A DNA stretch of 64,000 bases, from positions 264,678,001-264,742,000 of the forward strand of contig OZ024742.1 in NCBI GenBank assembly GCA_964016885.1, written 5' to 3'. The notes under the pieces are model-generated. The model ran no database searches. It was not told the origin of the DNA and saw nothing but the letters and a program-made list of their open reading frames with translations. The stretch is from Eledone cirrhosa (lineage: Eukaryota). Shown here piece after piece: positions 62,321-64,000 of the stretch. The first letter of the stretch is position 1. Each line of letters begins with the position of its first letter. The position numbers were made by a program, and so were the translations under genes.

Positions 62321-64000
62321 ATTCCTTCTATAAATGAATTTTTTACTTTCAATTAAATCTATATATGTTGCGTTTCTTTCATTTAGATCGTATTTTAATC
62401 TATTTTAATTTAATTTCTTTCTGATTTTCCTTTCGTCACCATGTTAATTTTTTGTTCCACTTTAATCATAGTTTAATTTAACTTAATTTTTATTTGATTC
62501 CCAAACTCATTCGCCGACAAGATTGGATGATCATGGTTGAAATGATTTTTATCTGTTTGATGAATGATGAACTATAAGACCCTCTACCATACATTAGCAT
62601 AGACAAGCATCATATGTCTCTCCACATATTCACTTAACATACGCGTATGTATCACTTACACATTCATAACATGTAAGGGTGAACTTAAACCAATTGGAGC
62701 CATTGTTCTCAATAAGTCCTAGTTCCAACGGGGGCTCCACGCTAGAGTCAGCTCTTCAAGTATATACAATAGCACTGCAAAATATATGGTACAGAGGCTC
62801 GTGGATTGGCAGAATTGGTAAAACATCGGATAAAATTCTATTGTAGTATTTGCTTTGGCTCTTTTGCATTGAGTTGAAATTCCGTCGGGGTCAGCTTTGC
62901 CTTTCATCCTTTCATAAAGAAACAGTCAAGAACGTGGGTTGAATTAATCACCTTGCTCCCACAAATTTGCGGGCATTGTGTGTAAATGAAAAATCAATAT
63001 ATTTAACACCCAACTTGGCCCTGCATCTCCTAAGGCCAGCTTTGATAACATGCATTCTATATACACAGAGCATGCTGGCACACATAGCATAGAAAATGTT
63101 ACTGCACTTTTACTGCTCTCATAAGTTTTCCACATTCCTTACATCATCTGAAAACTGTGTTATGGAGGATGAGGGTCATATAAAGACGACTAGACACATG
63201 TTTGTCTCTACATGGACAAACTTGTGTGTAAAGGTTCAAGTTTGTTATCATGTACGAATGTGTGTTTGTGTATATCTATCTATACGTATGTTTATGTGTG
63301 TTTGTGCGACAAATCAGCGACCCAGTATCTGTCATTAAGAATAAAAATGCCTTTCTGTGTATGCAAGAAGGAATGTATGTACACGACAGCGCATATGTGT
63401 GTGTGTGAGTGTGTACACGCGCGCATGTGTACTGTGAACTTGTACTCGTCTCACCTTTGTCCAGTAGTGGACGCTGTGTAAGTTTGTGATAATGTAGAGA
63501 AGCCTAAAGTTACGTCTTCGTGTTGCTACTTGATCAATTTAGGTCAAACTGAGTGGGAGTGCTCGTCTGTGTGTGAGAGAGAAAGAGAGAGATATGGATG
63601 ACCTCATTTAACCCTCACTTCATTCTAGCTGCCTTTTCCTCCAGCAGCTGCTTTTGTGTACTTTTAAATTCAGTATATATTTCAAGTCTGTTACTGTTAT
63701 CTTGGCTCATGTTATTTCTGTTCTTATTATTGTTCTGAAAAAAAAAAAAAAGAAAAAGAAATAATTATTGTTGGTTATACACGTAAGCAAACTGATTGTT
63801 TACTCCTCAGTTCAATTTTAAAAAGAAACATCTTTCTACAAGTCATTATACATGGTTACACACAAGCTCACAAAAATTCCTATATATTCTAGATGAGTGC
63901 CTCACGCTCACCAATGATGGAAGATTTTCTTGGTAATGATTTCGTTCTTGCAGTATCATCATACAATCTGGTAGTAATTAGTTTTCAAATCTAATAATAT

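Noticed and set aside
61212-62333. 373-aa repeat-protein CDS
   Set aside because: The open frame follows from a 45-bp unit lacking a stop in that frame; there is no ATG start, and upstream units have frame-breaking deletions.

Overview
AT-rich, non-coding eukaryotic (metazoan) DNA dominated by transposon relics and microsatellites. The repeat complement (RTE LINEs with (GAT)n tails, tRNA-derived SINEs, long (TA)n tracts) looks like a coleoid cephalopod such as Octopus; that is an inference, not a database result. I find no intact host protein-coding gene. Recognisable elements are: several RTE-clade LINE families (one with a PHD-type C4HC3 finger after the RT core, one with three C2H2 fingers), Tx1/L1-clade LINEs in microsatellites, R4/Dong-type REL-endonuclease LINEs, Penelope-like elements with hammerhead ribozyme motifs, a Helitron with a PIF1 helicase relic, mariner and piggyBac relics/MITEs, several SINE families, and a 1.8-kb 45-bp satellite with a 225-bp higher-order period. 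The most unusual signals are (i) a recurring class of fold-back palindromes with branched or iterated hairpin centres, several tied to Penelope-like ends and hammerhead motifs, suggesting repeated self-primed hairpin synthesis, and (ii) a textbook recursive-splice-site motif (branch point, polypyrimidine tract, AG|GTAAGT) at 819-826. Boundaries of decayed elements are approximate.
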